Assembly: GCA_963748625.1 (NCBI GenBank)
Contig: CAVVJT010000004.1
Location: forward strand, 672,001 to 736,000
DNA: 64,000 bases
Direction of reading: 5' to 3'
Source: an uncultured Chloroflexia bacterium
GTDB lineage: Bacteria > Chloroflexota > Limnocylindria > Limnocylindrales > CSP1-4
A model generated the notes under the pieces. It saw nothing but the letters and a program-made list of their open reading frames with translations. It was not told the DNA's origin and made no database searches. Shown here in pieces: positions 33,332 through 44,316 of this stretch; positions within the stretch are counted from its first letter, which is position 1, and every line of letters starts with the position of its first letter. The position numbers and the translations under genes are program-made.

Positions 33332-34291
33332 ATGTTCCGTGATCGCGACCAGCTCGTGGGCACGCTCGCAGCGATTGTCGCCGCGACGCTGTTCGGCACG
33401 CTCGGACCCCTGGCGCGCTTCGGGGCCGATGCAGGCGTGGAGGGCGTCGCCTTCACGGCCTGGCGGGCGCTCCTCGGGGCGACGTTCCTGGTGGTGCTCA
33501 TCACCGTGCGCGGGAGGGCGGGGACCTCGATGGCGGCGGTCCGGAGCCTGTCACGGCGCGGGCGCGTGACATTCGCGGTCGCGGCCCTCATGGGCGTCAC
33601 CCTCAACGTGGCGATGTTCACGGCGTTCGGCCTGATCTCGATCTCGCTGACGTTGATGCTCTTCTACACGTACCCGGCCGGTGTGGTGGTCGCGGACCTC
33701 GTGCTTGGCCGGGAGCGGATGACCATCTCCCGGCTCGTCGCCCTGGCCCTGTCCACGTTGGGCGTGGTGCTCGTGCTGTTCGGTGCGGGAGGCGAAGGCC
33801 TCGGCGGCAACCCGCTCGGGATCGCGCTGGGGCTGCTCGCCGCCGCGAGCCAGGTGGTGTTCGTGACCATCAGCCGCCACGGGTACTCGGACGTGCCCGC
33901 CGACGCCGCCACGCTGGGCATCCTGGGCACGGCCTTCGTGGGCGCGTCCCTGATCGCCATCGTGGCGGGCCAGGGCGCCAGCCTCGCGTCGCCCCTCACC
34001 TCCACGGCCGCCTGGCCGTACATCCTCATGGCGGGCGTGGCAGCGGCGGGTGTCTCAAGCTTGCTCTTCCTGAGCGCCATCCGCCTGATCGGCGGCACCC
34101 GGACCGGGATCCTGATGCTGCTCGAGCCGGTGGTCGGCGTGGGCCTCGCGGCGCTGCTGCTGGGCGAGGCACTTGCACCCCTGCAGGCACTTGGCGGCGC
34201 GCTCGTTCTGGCCGGGGCGCTGGTCCTCCAGGTGGGCGCCGACCCCGATCTCGACCCGATCGAGGAGACGGCAGCCGGACCGATCCTGTAG
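33332..34291 (+). CDS. DMT/EamA family transporter
   Basis: About 10 TM helices in two repeats; LFYTYPA, LLEPVVG. Confidence 0.9.
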   Translation: MFRDRDQLVGTLAAIVAATLFGTLGPLARFGADAGVEGVAFTAWRALLGATFLVVLITVRGRAGTSMAAVRSLSRRGRVTFAVAALMGVTLNVAMFTAFGLISISLTLMLFYTYPAGVVVADLVLGRERMTISRLVALALSTLGVVLVLFGAGGEGLGGNPLGIALGLLAAASQVVFVTISRHGYSDVPADAATLGILGTAFVGASLIAIVAGQGASLASPLTSTAAWPYILMAGVAAAGVSSLLFLSAIRLIGGTRTGILMLLEPVVGVGLAALLLGEALAPLQALGGALVLAGALVLQVGADPDLDPIEETAAGPIL

Positions 34292-34399
34292 GGGCGCATC
34301 CTGTAGGGACGCGGAAGATCCCGGACACGCGGATCACGCCGACGCCACGGCTCCGCTACCGTACCGGGTGCACCGGCGCCCGCCGGAGCACCGTGCACG

Positions 34400-35119
34400 A
34401 TGGAGGTCCCGATGGTCAGGGTCGAAGGGCTCGAGGGTCGCGTGGCCGTCGTGACGGGTGCAGGGCGGGGCATCGGCCTGCGCATCGCCCAGGTGCTGGC
34501 GGCCAATGGCGCATCGGTCGCGGGTCTCGACCTGCTCCCGCCCGATGTGGACGGCATCCTGGGCATCGAGGCTGACGTCTCCGACGAGGCCGCCCTGAAC
34601 GACGCCTTCGGGCGCATCGAGGAGGAGCTCGGCTCCCCGACGGTCCTCATCCTCAACGCGGGCATCCTGCCGCTGGTGCCGCTCGTGGAGACATCCACGG
34701 AGCTGTGGGAGCGGACCCTCTCGATCAACCTGACCGGACCATTCCTCGCCATCCGGCGCGCACTTCCGGGCATGCGGGTCGAGGGGTACGGGCGGATCAT
34801 CGCCATCGGGGCGGCCGCCGGGAAGTCCGGCGGGGCACGCTCGGCCGCCTACGCCGCGTCCAAGGCGGGCCTCATGACGCTGGTGAAGTCCGTGGCCGCC
34901 GAATACGCCCGGGAGGGCATCACCGCGAACGTGGTCGCGCCCGCCCTCATCGACACGGCGCTCCTGGGTGGCGCGCGCGAGCTGGCCGGCCGGGTGCCGG
35001 TGGGCCGACTCGGGACGACCGACGAGGTCGCCGCGCTCGTGGCGTTCCTGGCGTCAGGCGAGGCCGGCTACATCACGGGCGAGGTCGTCGACATCAACGG
35101 CGGCACCCTGATCGACTGA
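34400..35119 (+). CDS. SDR family oxidoreductase (FabG-like)
   Basis: TGAGRGIG, LNAG, YAASK, VDINGG. Confidence 0.92.
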   Translation: MEVPMVRVEGLEGRVAVVTGAGRGIGLRIAQVLAANGASVAGLDLLPPDVDGILGIEADVSDEAALNDAFGRIEEELGSPTVLILNAGILPLVPLVETSTELWERTLSINLTGPFLAIRRALPGMRVEGYGRIIAIGAAAGKSGGARSAAYAASKAGLMTLVKSVAAEYAREGITANVVAPALIDTALLGGARELAGRVPVGRLGTTDEVAALVAFLASGEAGYITGEVVDINGGTLID

Positions 35120-35175
35120 CACTCGACGGCGAGCGAGATCGGCCGTGGCGGGCGGCCCAGGAGACGGTGCCCGCG

Positions 35176-35520
35176 CTAGTCGTCCTGGTTGACCTCGAGC
35201 GGGCCATCGGGAACCTCGATCGTGATCCGTCCGTCCACGATCGCCACGTCGTAGACCGCGAGCGGGCTCTCGGCAGGGGCGTCCAGAGGCTCCCCGTCGC
35301 CGAGATCGAACCGGGACATGTGCAGCGGGCACGTCAGCGTGCCGGCCGTCAGGAAGCCCCTGTCGAGCTCGAAGTACTCATGCGAGCAGGTGCCCTGGAG
35401 GGCGTGGAACTCGCCGCTCACGTGCACCACGATCACCGGGTCCGAGCCGTCCACCCAGACCATCTGCATCTCGCCGTCAGGCAGCTCGCCCACGCCGAGC
35501 AGGTCGATCCGGCGGCTCAT
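35176..35520 (-). CDS. Rieske-type ferredoxin
   Basis: CSH...CPLH ligands; downstream of sufD. Confidence 0.9.
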   Translation of the reverse strand: MSRRIDLLGVGELPDGEMQMVWVDGSDPVIVVHVSGEFHALQGTCSHEYFELDRGFLTAGTLTCPLHMSRFDLGDGEPLDAPAESPLAVYDVAIVDGRITIEVPDGPLEVNQDD

Positions 35521-35551
35521 ACGCGCGCCCCAGCCCGCCGTTGCCCCGCGC

Positions 35552-36952
35552 TCAGGCTGCGGTCGCAGCGCCCGCGGCGAGCCCGGAGGTCCACTTGGCC
35601 TCCAGCGCATCGCGCAGACGGTCCTGCGCCTCCTCGAGCGGAACCCGAGCCACGACCGGCTCCAGGAACCCGAGCACGATGAACTTGCGAGCGTCGTCGG
35701 GCGCGATGCCCCGGCTCTCGAGATAGAACAGCTGGCTCTCGTCGATCGGACCCACCGACGAGCTGTGCATCGCGCGCCGGCAGTCGGGCTGGTCGATCTC
35801 GAGGCTCGGGATGGCCACCGCGCGCGCCGCCTTGGACAGGTTCATCCCGAACTCGCCGAGGTAGCTGTCGGTGCCGATCGCGGTCTTCTCGATCGAGATC
35901 AGGCCCTTCATGTACGTCCGTGCCCTATCGAGCAGCACGCCCTTCGAGAGCAGCTGGCCCGACGTGTCCCTGCCGATGTGCCGCGTGTACGAGGTCAGGT
36001 CGTGCAACTGGTCCCCCGACCCGAACACGATCTCGGTCTGCTCCACCTGGCTGCGGTCGCCCGCGAGGACATTGTCCACGCGGCTGCGCACGAGGCGCCC
36101 GCCCAGCTGGGCCAGCGCCCAGCGCAGGTCTGCGGCTTCCCCGATGTCCGCCCGGCGCTGCTGGAACACGATGTGATCGGGACCAAGCTCCTGCAGGCTT
36201 GCCATGCCCAGGCGGGCGTGGGCGCCGAGGCGCAACTCCGTGGTACCGCAGAACATCGCCTGCTGCCCGGCCACGGCGGCATCCGAGGCGACAAGCTCCT
36301 CGACCACCGAGGCCTCAGCGCCATCGCCGAGCACGATCAGCGTCCGCGCGACCAGCGTCCGCGGTGCGCCGAGCGCCCAGCGGAGCACGATCGGCGCCTC
36401 GGCCACGACGCCCGCCGGGACGTGGAGCACGATGCCCTGCGTCCAGGCGGCGCAGGAGAGCTCGGCGAGGCGCTCATCCACCGGGATCGGGCTCGCGGCG
36501 AGCAGCTCCCTGGCGAGGGCCTCGTCGGAGGCGACGAGATCGCCGAGGGTCTGCAGACGGACCCCGGCAGCGGCCAGCTTCGCGTCGAGCGCGAGCCCGG
36601 CCACGCCGTCCTCACGCAGCTCGATCAGGCCGCCGATGCCGTCTGGCAGGGTGCCGGCGGCGGCGCGGCCGGCGGCCGTGGTCACGTACGGCGCCGCCCC
36701 GTCGATCGAGGCTGCGCGCAAGTCCACGTACGGCGTGTAGAGCCGGTTCGCCTCGGTTGGCAGAGCCTCGAACCGGGCGAGTGCAGCGAAACGCTCATCC
36801 CTGAGCCAGGCGGGCTCGGAGCGCTCCGTCACGAGGCGCTCGACAAGCGCCGTGTCGACGAAGCTGATGGGGAGGTCCGCCGGACCACGGCGCGGGACGC
36901 GCACGGCGCGCGCGGTCGGCACAGGCGCTGATGCTTCGACGGTCTCCGTCAC
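35552..36952 (-). CDS. sufD: Fe-S assembly protein SufD
   Basis: [22 protein letters not shown]; GTGA overlap with sufB. Confidence 0.9.
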   Translation of the reverse strand: MTETVEASAPVPTARAVRVPRRGPADLPISFVDTALVERLVTERSEPAWLRDERFAALARFEALPTEANRLYTPYVDLRAASIDGAAPYVTTAAGRAAAGTLPDGIGGLIELREDGVAGLALDAKLAAAGVRLQTLGDLVASDEALARELLAASPIPVDERLAELSCAAWTQGIVLHVPAGVVAEAPIVLRWALGAPRTLVARTLIVLGDGAEASVVEELVASDAAVAGQQAMFCGTTELRLGAHARLGMASLQELGPDHIVFQQRRADIGEAADLRWALAQLGGRLVRSRVDNVLAGDRSQVEQTEIVFGSGDQLHDLTSYTRHIGRDTSGQLLSKGVLLDRARTYMKGLISIEKTAIGTDSYLGEFGMNLSKAARAVAIPSLEIDQPDCRRAMHSSSVGPIDESQLFYLESRGIAPDDARKFIVLGFLEPVVARVPLEEAQDRLRDALEAKWTSGLAAGAATAA

Positions 36953-38352
36953 CCGAGCGACCCTTCCATCTCCAGCTTGACCAGGCGGTTGAACTCGATG
37001 GCGTACTCCATCGGCAGCTCCTTGGTGAACACCTCGAGGAAGCCCTGCACGATGAGGTTCGTCGCCTCGTTCTCGGTGAGGCCGCGGCTCATCAGGTAGA
37101 AGACCTGGTCCGCGGAGACCTTGCCGACGGTGGCCTCGTGGGTCATCGTCGTGTCGTCCTCCCCGATGTCGATGTACGGGTAGGTGTCGCTGCGGCTCAG
37201 GTCGTCGAGCATGAGTGCGTCGCAGCGGACGGACGCGGTGACCCCGGTGGCGCCCGGGGCGACCTTCAGCTGCCCGCGGTAGGTGGCCCGGCCACCGTCC
37301 TTGGACACCGACTTGGACACGATCCTCGACGTGGTGTTCGACGCGAGGTGGACGGCCTTGGCGCCGGTGTCCTGGTGCTGGCCCTTGCCGGCGACCGCCA
37401 CCGAGATCACCTCGGCGGTGGCGCCCTCGCCCAGCAGGTAGATCGCCGGATACTTCATGGTCAACCGGGACCCGGTATTCGCGTCCACCCACTCCACCGT
37501 CGAGTTGGCGTGCGCGTGGGCGCGCTTGGTCACCAGGTTGTAGACGTCGTTCGACCAGTTCTGGATGGTCGTGTACCGGACCTTGGACCCGGCGAGGGCG
37601 ATCACCTCAACGACCGCCGCGTGCAGCGAGTCGGTCGCGTAGATGGGGGCCGTGCAGCCCTCGATGTAGTGGACCTTGGCGCCCTCGTCCACCACGATCA
37701 GCGTCCGCTCGAACTGGCCCGTGTTCTCGCCGTTGATGCGGAAGTACGCCTGGAGCGGGAGCGGGACCTCGACGCCCTTGGGGACGTAGACGAACGAGCC
37801 GCCGGACCAGACCGCGGAGTTGAGCGCGGCGAACTTGTTGTCCTCGGGCGGGACGACGGTGCCGAAGTACTTGCGGAAGATCTCCGGGTACTCCTTCATC
37901 GCCTGGTCGGTGCCCATGAAGACCACGCCGATCTTGGTGAGCTCCTCACGCACGGAGTGGTAGACGACCTCCGAGTCGTACTGGGCGCCGACGCCCGCGA
38001 GGAACTTGCGCTCCGCCTCGGGGATGCCCAGCTTCTCGAACGTCTGCTTGATCTGCTCGGGGACGTCGTCCCACGACTTCTCTTCGCGCTCGGACGGCTT
38101 GCGGTAGTAGACGATCTTGCCGAAGTCGATCGTGCCCAGGTTGCCGCCCCACTCGGGCATGGCGCGCTTCAGGAAGTGGTCGTACGCGCGCAGACGGAAC
38201 TGCAGCATCCAGTCCGGCTCGTCCTTGAAGCGACTGATCTCCTCCACCGTCTCGCGCGTCAGGCCGCGCTTGGTCTCGGCGAGGTAGACGATGTCGTCGT
38301 GGAAGGCGTACTGGTCGCGTTCGTCCTTGACGAGTTCGCGGGTCGAGGTCAT
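36949..38352 (-). CDS. sufB: Fe-S assembly protein SufB
   Basis: [39 protein letters not shown]. Confidence 0.96.
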   Translation of the reverse strand: MTSTRELVKDERDQYAFHDDIVYLAETKRGLTRETVEEISRFKDEPDWMLQFRLRAYDHFLKRAMPEWGGNLGTIDFGKIVYYRKPSEREEKSWDDVPEQIKQTFEKLGIPEAERKFLAGVGAQYDSEVVYHSVREELTKIGVVFMGTDQAMKEYPEIFRKYFGTVVPPEDNKFAALNSAVWSGGSFVYVPKGVEVPLPLQAYFRINGENTGQFERTLIVVDEGAKVHYIEGCTAPIYATDSLHAAVVEVIALAGSKVRYTTIQNWSNDVYNLVTKRAHAHANSTVEWVDANTGSRLTMKYPAIYLLGEGATAEVISVAVAGKGQHQDTGAKAVHLASNTTSRIVSKSVSKDGGRATYRGQLKVAPGATGVTASVRCDALMLDDLSRSDTYPYIDIGEDDTTMTHEATVGKVSADQVFYLMSRGLTENEATNLIVQGFLEVFTKELPMEYAIEFNRLVKLEMEGSLG

Positions 38353-38604
38353 CGCTGCTCCGTTCGCGGCCTGCCGGCCGCCGGATGGGGTCGCTGGTCT
38401 GGCAATGGGCCGCGACCGCTGGGACGCGGGTCGCGGGCTAATCCCTAGCAGAATTATCGGAATTACCGGGCGATCCGTCAACGATGGCGTATCCGTCGTG
38501 CTGAGACCCGGCCGGCGCCTGCAGCGCGGCCGCCGCGGCCCCATGCCAGCGCCGTACCATGCGGCGAGCGCAACCATCACGGCCGCTCGCACTGGAGACC
38601 CCCG

Positions 38605-39258
38605 TTGGACGCAGCAGCCCTCGCGCTCGGCCTGATCGGTATCGGCGCTGGCTCGCTGCTCGCGATGTTCGGTGTGCGCTTCTTCTGGGTCCTGCTGGCG
38701 CTGTGGGGCGCCATCATCGGGTTCCTCGCCGGAGCGGACATCGCGGCGACGATCCTGGGCGAAGGGTTCCTGGCCACCATCGCGGGCTGGATCGCCGGCA
38801 TCGCGGGCGCCGTCGTGCTCGGCCTGCTCGCGGGCGCCGTCTACTGGGCGGCGGTCATCGTCCTGAGCGGTGGCGTCGGCTACGCCATCGGGAGCGGGAT
38901 CCTGCTCATGCTTGGCGCTGAGCCGGGGATCGTCACCATCGGTGCCGGGCTCGCCGGCGCAGCAGCCCTCATCGTGCTCGCCCTGGTCCTGCGCGTGCCG
39001 GTCCTGCTCGTCGCGGTCCTCACCAGCTTCGGTGGTGTGGGCTACGCCATCGTTGGGGCGCTCATGGTCCTCGGCAGGATCCCGCTCGCCGACCTCCAGG
39101 GTGGCGCCCTGGGCTCGCTCGGGGATCGACCCCTGGCGCTCGTCGCCTGGCTCGGCCTGGGGGCGACCGCATGCGCCTACCAGCTGATCGTGGCCCGGGA
39201 GGACGAGCAACGGGTCCTCGGCTCGCTCGACCAGAACCGGCCCGGGGGCGGCGCATGA
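38605..39258 (+). CDS. DUF4203-like multi-TM membrane protein
   Basis: About 7 hydrophobic helices; TTG start after GGAG. Confidence 0.72.
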   Translation: MDAAALALGLIGIGAGSLLAMFGVRFFWVLLALWGAIIGFLAGADIAATILGEGFLATIAGWIAGIAGAVVLGLLAGAVYWAAVIVLSGGVGYAIGSGILLMLGAEPGIVTIGAGLAGAAALIVLALVLRVPVLLVAVLTSFGGVGYAIVGALMVLGRIPLADLQGGALGSLGDRPLALVAWLGLGATACAYQLIVAREDEQRVLGSLDQNRPGGGA

Positions 39259-40361
39259 CGGCGGCCGACCTCCCGCCCGACCCTGCGCTCGAGGGCCAGC
39301 CGCCGATCGGCGACGACCTGCCCAGCCGCAACCCCCGCGCCCGGACGAAGTCGATCCTGGGCGGCATCGGCCTCGTGCTCTACATGTGGCTGGTCTTCGG
39401 TGTGCTGCTGCCGTCGGTCGTGGACTACCAGGCCATGCTCGACGCCTTCAGACAGGTGCCGCCCGAGTGGCTGCTGGTCGTGCTGGTCGTGGGCATGCTT
39501 GGCTGGTACGCGGAGGGCTGGGCCCAGAAGGTCATGTTCCCGGGGCTGGGCTCGTTCCGGTCCACCGGTGCCTACCTCGTCCAGGCGGCTGTCGGCTCGA
39601 CGCTCACGGGCGCCGTGAAGGCGGGCATCGGGTACGTGATGTTCCGGCGCTGGTCGTTCAGCACGCAGGCGGTCGTGCTGGGCATGACCCTCAACGGCCT
39701 GGCGGTCCAGGCGTCCAAGCTCCTGATGCCCGCCCTCTGGATCCTCCTGCTGACGGCCACTGGCACCTTCCCCGGCAACGGCATCCTCATCGCGGTCCTG
39801 CTCATCATCCCGGTGGCGCTGGCGCTGGTCGTCGGGATCTGGATCATGCGCTCCGAGAAGTTCGCCCGGCGTGTGGGGGCCTTCGCGACGCGGGCCTCCG
39901 GCGCGGTCATGCGCCGGATGCACAAGGTGGGACCCGATGACCTCACGCCCCGGGTGCTCGACTTCCGGGCCACGGCGGGGGTCCTGCTGGCCGCCAAAGC
40001 GCTGCCCATCACGGTCACCCAGGCGATCGCGCGCACGGCGGGCTACGTGCTCCTCGTCGTGTCGATGCGCGCCATCGGGATCGGCCCGGAGGTCCTGCCT
40101 CCGGACGTGATCCTGGCCGTGTACGCCGTCGTGATGGTCATCGGCCTGCTGCCGATCGCCCCGGGCGGCGCCGGCCTGCCCGAGCTGCTCTACATCTCGT
40201 TCTTCACCGGCATCGTCGCCGACCCGTCCCTGGACGACCAGATCGCCGCCGGCGTGATGCTGATGCGCGGCGTGTCCTGGTTCCTGCCGATCCCGGTGGG
40301 CTACCTGGTGATGGCGGTGTTCCGCTGGGAGAACCGGCACCGCGCCCCGGTCGTCGGGTGA
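39255..40361 (+). CDS. Lysylphosphatidylglycerol synthase TM / UPF0104 flippase-like membrane protein
   Basis: [22 protein letters not shown]; ATGA overlap. Confidence 0.8.
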   Translation: MTAADLPPDPALEGQPPIGDDLPSRNPRARTKSILGGIGLVLYMWLVFGVLLPSVVDYQAMLDAFRQVPPEWLLVVLVVGMLGWYAEGWAQKVMFPGLGSFRSTGAYLVQAAVGSTLTGAVKAGIGYVMFRRWSFSTQAVVLGMTLNGLAVQASKLLMPALWILLLTATGTFPGNGILIAVLLIIPVALALVVGIWIMRSEKFARRVGAFATRASGAVMRRMHKVGPDDLTPRVLDFRATAGVLLAAKALPITVTQAIARTAGYVLLVVSMRAIGIGPEVLPPDVILAVYAVVMVIGLLPIAPGGAGLPELLYISFFTGIVADPSLDDQIAAGVMLMRGVSWFLPIPVGYLVMAVFRWENRHRAPVVG

Positions 40362-40401
40362 TGAGCTGGGGCCCGCGCTGAGCGGCCCGCGCCTGACCCG
40401 C

Positions 40402-41631
40402 CTAGAAGAACGTCGAGCAGAACGGCGCGTCAGCCGTCCGGAACAGGGCGTCCGCCTCGGCCAGCGCGCCATCGCGGTGCTCCTCGAAGCCCGTGCCGAG
40501 CACGGCATCGCGCAGACGCGTCCCGCCCAGGTAGGCGGACCCGAGCGCGGCCACCGGGAGCGTCAGGTCGGCCGGGCGATCGGTACCCGTGCACCGGGCG
40601 CCGTCCGCGGAGACGTCGAGCAGGTACCGGCGACGGCCACCGAAGGCCTCGTCGTCCACCACCTCGAGGACCAGGCTCCCGGACAGCTCGTAGGCGCGCG
40701 CCTCGAGTGCCCGGGGCACGTCGAACAGCCTGACCCACACCGCGTCGCCCATGCTCTCGGCTCGGGCGGCACGCGCATTCCGGAGCATCCATGGCAGTGG
40801 CTCGTCCACCCGCCGGCCCTCGGCGCTCACCTGGGTCACGAGGTCCAGCGCGAGCAGGAACCCCCACAGCGCGCGATAGGCCTCGTCGCTCACGGCGACC
40901 AGCTCCTGGATGGCGACCCCGTTGGCGGGCAGGCTGTGCTCCCACTTCGGCTTGCCCGTGTAGCGGGCGTATCCGTCGGGCGTGCCCGCAGCGTCGCGCC
41001 GGATGAGCAGGAAGCCCTTCCACGTCTCGCCCCAGGGCTCCTCCTCCAGGCCCAGGCGGAGCGGCCAGCCCACCTCACGGCGCCGGATCTCCCCTGCCCG
41101 GACGTGCCGCGCCTGCTCGTGGACGCCGCGCACGACCTCCACTGCAGCGGCATCAGGGGTCACCAGGTCCACGCCGCCGGGGACCGGGTCCCGGAATTCC
41201 GCGAGGCGCGCATCCACCGCCCAGTCCGCCCAGCGCGTCGCAGGCCCATAGCCGAAGCGCCCGTAGATCGGGTACTCCGACGCGTACAGCACCGCGACCG
41301 CCTCACCACGCGCCACGATGTCCGCATGGGCCACCGCCGCCATCCGCCCGAGCAGGCCCTGGCGCCGATGCGTGGGCTTGACGCCGACGGCCGAGATTCC
41401 GGCCCCCGGCAGCACCGCCAGGCCGGGAACCGTGAGCTCGGTGCTGAACGCCCGGAACGTGCCCACCGCCCGACCGCCATCGAATGCGGCGACCAGCCGG
41501 CCCGGCTCCCACGTGCGGCGGATGACCTCCGCCACCTTCTCCAGATCGGGACGTTCCACGAACGCGGTGCTGATCGCGTCAACGGCGGACGAGTATTCGG
41601 ACGGGTCGGCGACCCTCACATCGATGCCCAT
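40402..41631 (-). CDS. Eis-family GNAT acetyltransferase
   Basis: VGVKPTHRRQGL, LYASEYPIYGRFGYG, WVRLFDVPRALEAR, LGSAYLGG, C-terminal Phe. Confidence 0.9.
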   Translation of the reverse strand: MGIDVRVADPSEYSSAVDAISTAFVERPDLEKVAEVIRRTWEPGRLVAAFDGGRAVGTFRAFSTELTVPGLAVLPGAGISAVGVKPTHRRQGLLGRMAAVAHADIVARGEAVAVLYASEYPIYGRFGYGPATRWADWAVDARLAEFRDPVPGGVDLVTPDAAAVEVVRGVHEQARHVRAGEIRRREVGWPLRLGLEEEPWGETWKGFLLIRRDAAGTPDGYARYTGKPKWEHSLPANGVAIQELVAVSDEAYRALWGFLLALDLVTQVSAEGRRVDEPLPWMLRNARAARAESMGDAVWVRLFDVPRALEARAYELSGSLVLEVVDDEAFGGRRRYLLDVSADGARCTGTDRPADLTLPVAALGSAYLGGTRLRDAVLGTGFEEHRDGALAEADALFRTADAPFCSTFF

Positions 41632-41707
41632 GCCGCGACTCTAGCACCGGCGGTGGGGCGGTATCCTTGCGCCTCCACCCGGTGTGGCAGGAAGGAGAGC
41701 GACGCGC

Positions 41708-42940
41708 GTGACCGACACCTCAGCCGGCGGTCCCGGCCTGCTCCTGCCAGAGGGGACGCGACTCGTCCACATCGGCCCGCCGAAGACGGGGACCACCTCG
41801 CTCCAGGGAAGCTTCCACGCGCGCCGCGACGAGATCCTCGCCCAGGGTGTCCGTTACGCGGGCCGTCGCCGCCACTCGAGCGCAGCCGTCCTCGCCGTCA
41901 CCGATCGGCCATCGTTCGGGCAGGACTCGGGTTCCCCGCCGATCAAGCACTGGCACGCGATCGTCAACGAGATCCGCACCGCGCGGGAACCTCGCATCAT
42001 CTTCAGCAGCGAGTTCTTCGCCGATGCCCTGGAACCCTACATTCCGCGCATCGTCGAGGACCTTGGCGGGCCGAACGTGCACGTCGTGGTCACCCTGCGC
42101 CCGCTCGCGAAGATCCTCCCCTCCCAGTGGCAGCAGTACGTCCAGAGCGGCCTGCGCATGGACTTCGACCCCTGGCTGGACGCCATGTACAACCAGCCGC
42201 CCGGTCCGTTCATGGCGACGTTCTGGCGTCGCCACCGTCACGACGAGCTGATCGCCCGCTGGGCGGATGTCGTCGGCCCGGAGCGGGTCACCGTCATCGC
42301 GATGGACGAGCGCGACCACGATCATCTCTACCGGGTGTTCGAGCAGCTCCTCGGCCTGCGCACAGGCACCCTCGCGGCGGAGCCGGATCTCGCCAACCGC
42401 TCGATGACGATGCCGGAGATCCAGGCGGTCCGCGCCTTCAACAACCAGTTCAAGGACCTCAAGCTGGGCAATGCCCTGTTCCACAAGGTGATGCACTTCA
42501 CCGCCGCCACCCACATGAAGCTGGTGGAACCGAAGCCGGAGTGGCCGAGGATCGAGGTCCCGCAGTGGGCGCTTGACCGCTCGAGCGAGGTCAGCGCGCA
42601 GATGGTGGCCGCAATCCGGGCGAGCGGCGTCCGGGTCATCGGCGACCTGGACGGCCTCGCCCGAGTCCAGCCGAGCAGGCTGCAGGGGGATGTCCAGCCC
42701 GAGACGTGCATTCCCGCGGAGATCGCCGGCCGGATGGCCATGGGCGTGCTGATGGCGTCCGACCTTGTCCGCACGACACCCGAGGGCACCGTGACGGCCT
42801 CGGCGGGCCGCAAGGACGTGGAGCCACTGGAGCTTGCCCGCATCGACACCTACCGCCTTGCGGGCTACCTGGTCCTGCGCATCAAGCGTGCCGTCCTGCG
42901 TCGCGCACGCGGCCTGCTCGCGCCGCTGCGCAGAGGCTAG
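41708..42940 (+). CDS. Sulfotransferase-like P-loop protein A
   Basis: 5'-PSB-like HIGPPKTGTTSLQ, SSEFF, 3'-PB-like RPLAKILPSQWQQ (R-x7-S). Confidence 0.75.
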   Translation: MTDTSAGGPGLLLPEGTRLVHIGPPKTGTTSLQGSFHARRDEILAQGVRYAGRRRHSSAAVLAVTDRPSFGQDSGSPPIKHWHAIVNEIRTAREPRIIFSSEFFADALEPYIPRIVEDLGGPNVHVVVTLRPLAKILPSQWQQYVQSGLRMDFDPWLDAMYNQPPGPFMATFWRRHRHDELIARWADVVGPERVTVIAMDERDHDHLYRVFEQLLGLRTGTLAAEPDLANRSMTMPEIQAVRAFNNQFKDLKLGNALFHKVMHFTAATHMKLVEPKPEWPRIEVPQWALDRSSEVSAQMVAAIRASGVRVIGDLDGLARVQPSRLQGDVQPETCIPAEIAGRMAMGVLMASDLVRTTPEGTVTASAGRKDVEPLELARIDTYRLAGYLVLRIKRAVLRRARGLLAPLRRG

Positions 42941-42942
42941 GC

Positions 42943-44316
42943 GTGCCTCCCGTCGGGGACGCGGGCGCCCTCCTCGTCCCCGCCGGGGCACGCGTCCTCC
43001 ACATCGGTCCACCCAAGACGGGCACCACCGCCCTCCAGGGGGCGTTCTGGCTTGCCCGTGATGCCTTGCCGCGCCAGGGCGTCCGCTACCCGGGCAGGTC
43101 ACGCCACCCGGCGCGCCCGATGTTCGCCGTCACCCGACGCAACCCGCCGGGAGCATCCGAGCCGCCGCCCGCCAAGGTGTGGGACGCCTTCCTCGCCGAT
43201 GTGCGCCAGGATCCCGGCGCCCGGGTCATGGTCAGCAGCGAGGGCTTCGCCTACGCCTCCGAGGAGGCGATCACCCGCGTGGTGAGCGACCTGGGACCCG
43301 ACCGCATCCAGGTGGTGGTCACGCTGCGCCCGCTCGGCCGCCTGCTTGCCTCGGAGTGGCAGCAGCAGGTCCAGGGCGGGATGCGGCTCGCGTTCGAGGC
43401 GTGGCTCGAAGCCCTGTTCGACGACCCTGCCGCTGCCCACTCGCGCTCGTTCTGGCACCGCCACCGGCACGACCGGCTGGTCGCCCGCTGGGCAGCCGCC
43501 GCGGGTGCCGAGCGGGTCACGGTGCTCGTCGTGGACGAGCGCGACCACGGGAAGCTGTACCGCGACATGGAGGCACTGCTCGGGCTGCAGGCAGGCACCC
43601 TCGTCCCAGGGTCCACGTTGCCCAACCGATCGCTGACGCTGGAGGAGATCAGCGCACTCCGGGCGCTCCGCGAGGTCTTTGCCGCAGAGGGACGAACCGC
43701 CGCGGAGTTCGACCGCCTGGTCCGCCTGCAGGCCGGCCCCCACCTCAAGCGACGCGTCCCCGGGCCGGACGAGCACAGGATCGAGACCCCCGCGTGGGCG
43801 CTCGAGCGCGCCGCGGCCGTTGCCGCCGAGATGGTTCCCGCGCTGGCCGCGTCCGGCGTCCGCTGGTGGGGCGACCTGGACGGCCTCGCCGCCCCGGCCC
43901 CGGCCGGCGCGCCGGACCACGTCACCTCCGATGTGCCCGTGCCTGCCCACGTTGGTGCGGCGATCGCCATGGCGGTGGCCCGGGCAGGCGGGCTGGTCAC
44001 ACCGCAGGAGGGCGACACCGGTCCTGCCGATCCGGCACCGGACGACGCAGCCGGGAGGGCACGGAAGAGGAGCCTCGTCGGGCGGCTCGGCGCCAGGGCG
44101 GCCCGACGTCTCGGCCGACAAGCCAGAACGTTAGGTTGGGCCGGCCCCGCGGATGCAGCCGTCCCCGCGAACGCAGGCGTCTCAGGGGAGGCGACGACCC
44201 CCACCAGCTGGTCGGGTGCGCCTGACCCGGCTACGCCCGGTCCGCCACCAGCGCATCGAGCGCGGCCCGGACGCGCGCTGCCCCATCAGCGATCGACACC
44301 GTGCTGGCATCGATGA
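42943..44316 (+). CDS. Sulfotransferase-like P-loop protein B (true stop may be about 44134)
   Basis: HIGPPKTGTTALQ, SSEGF, RPLGRLLASEWQQ; clear paralogue of protein A. Confidence 0.72.
   Translation: MPPVGDAGALLVPAGARVLHIGPPKTGTTALQGAFWLARDALPRQGVRYPGRSRHPARPMFAVTRRNPPGASEPPPAKVWDAFLADVRQDPGARVMVSSEGFAYASEEAITRVVSDLGPDRIQVVVTLRPLGRLLASEWQQQVQGGMRLAFEAWLEALFDDPAAAHSRSFWHRHRHDRLVARWAAAAGAERVTVLVVDERDHGKLYRDMEALLGLQAGTLVPGSTLPNRSLTLEEISALRALREVFAAEGRTAAEFDRLVRLQAGPHLKRRVPGPDEHRIETPAWALERAAAVAAEMVPALAASGVRWWGDLDGLAAPAPAGAPDHVTSDVPVPAHVGAAIAMAVARAGGLVTPQEGDTGPADPAPDDAAGRARKRSLVGRLGARAARRLGRQARTLGWAGPADAAVPANAGVSGEATTPTSWSGAPDPATPGPPPAHRARPGRALPHQRSTPCWHR

Noticed and set aside
44134-44316. 86-bp convergent overlap between sulfotransferase-like B and cysC
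   Set aside because: The low-complexity tail is most likely read-through caused by an indel before a TAG at 44132-44134.
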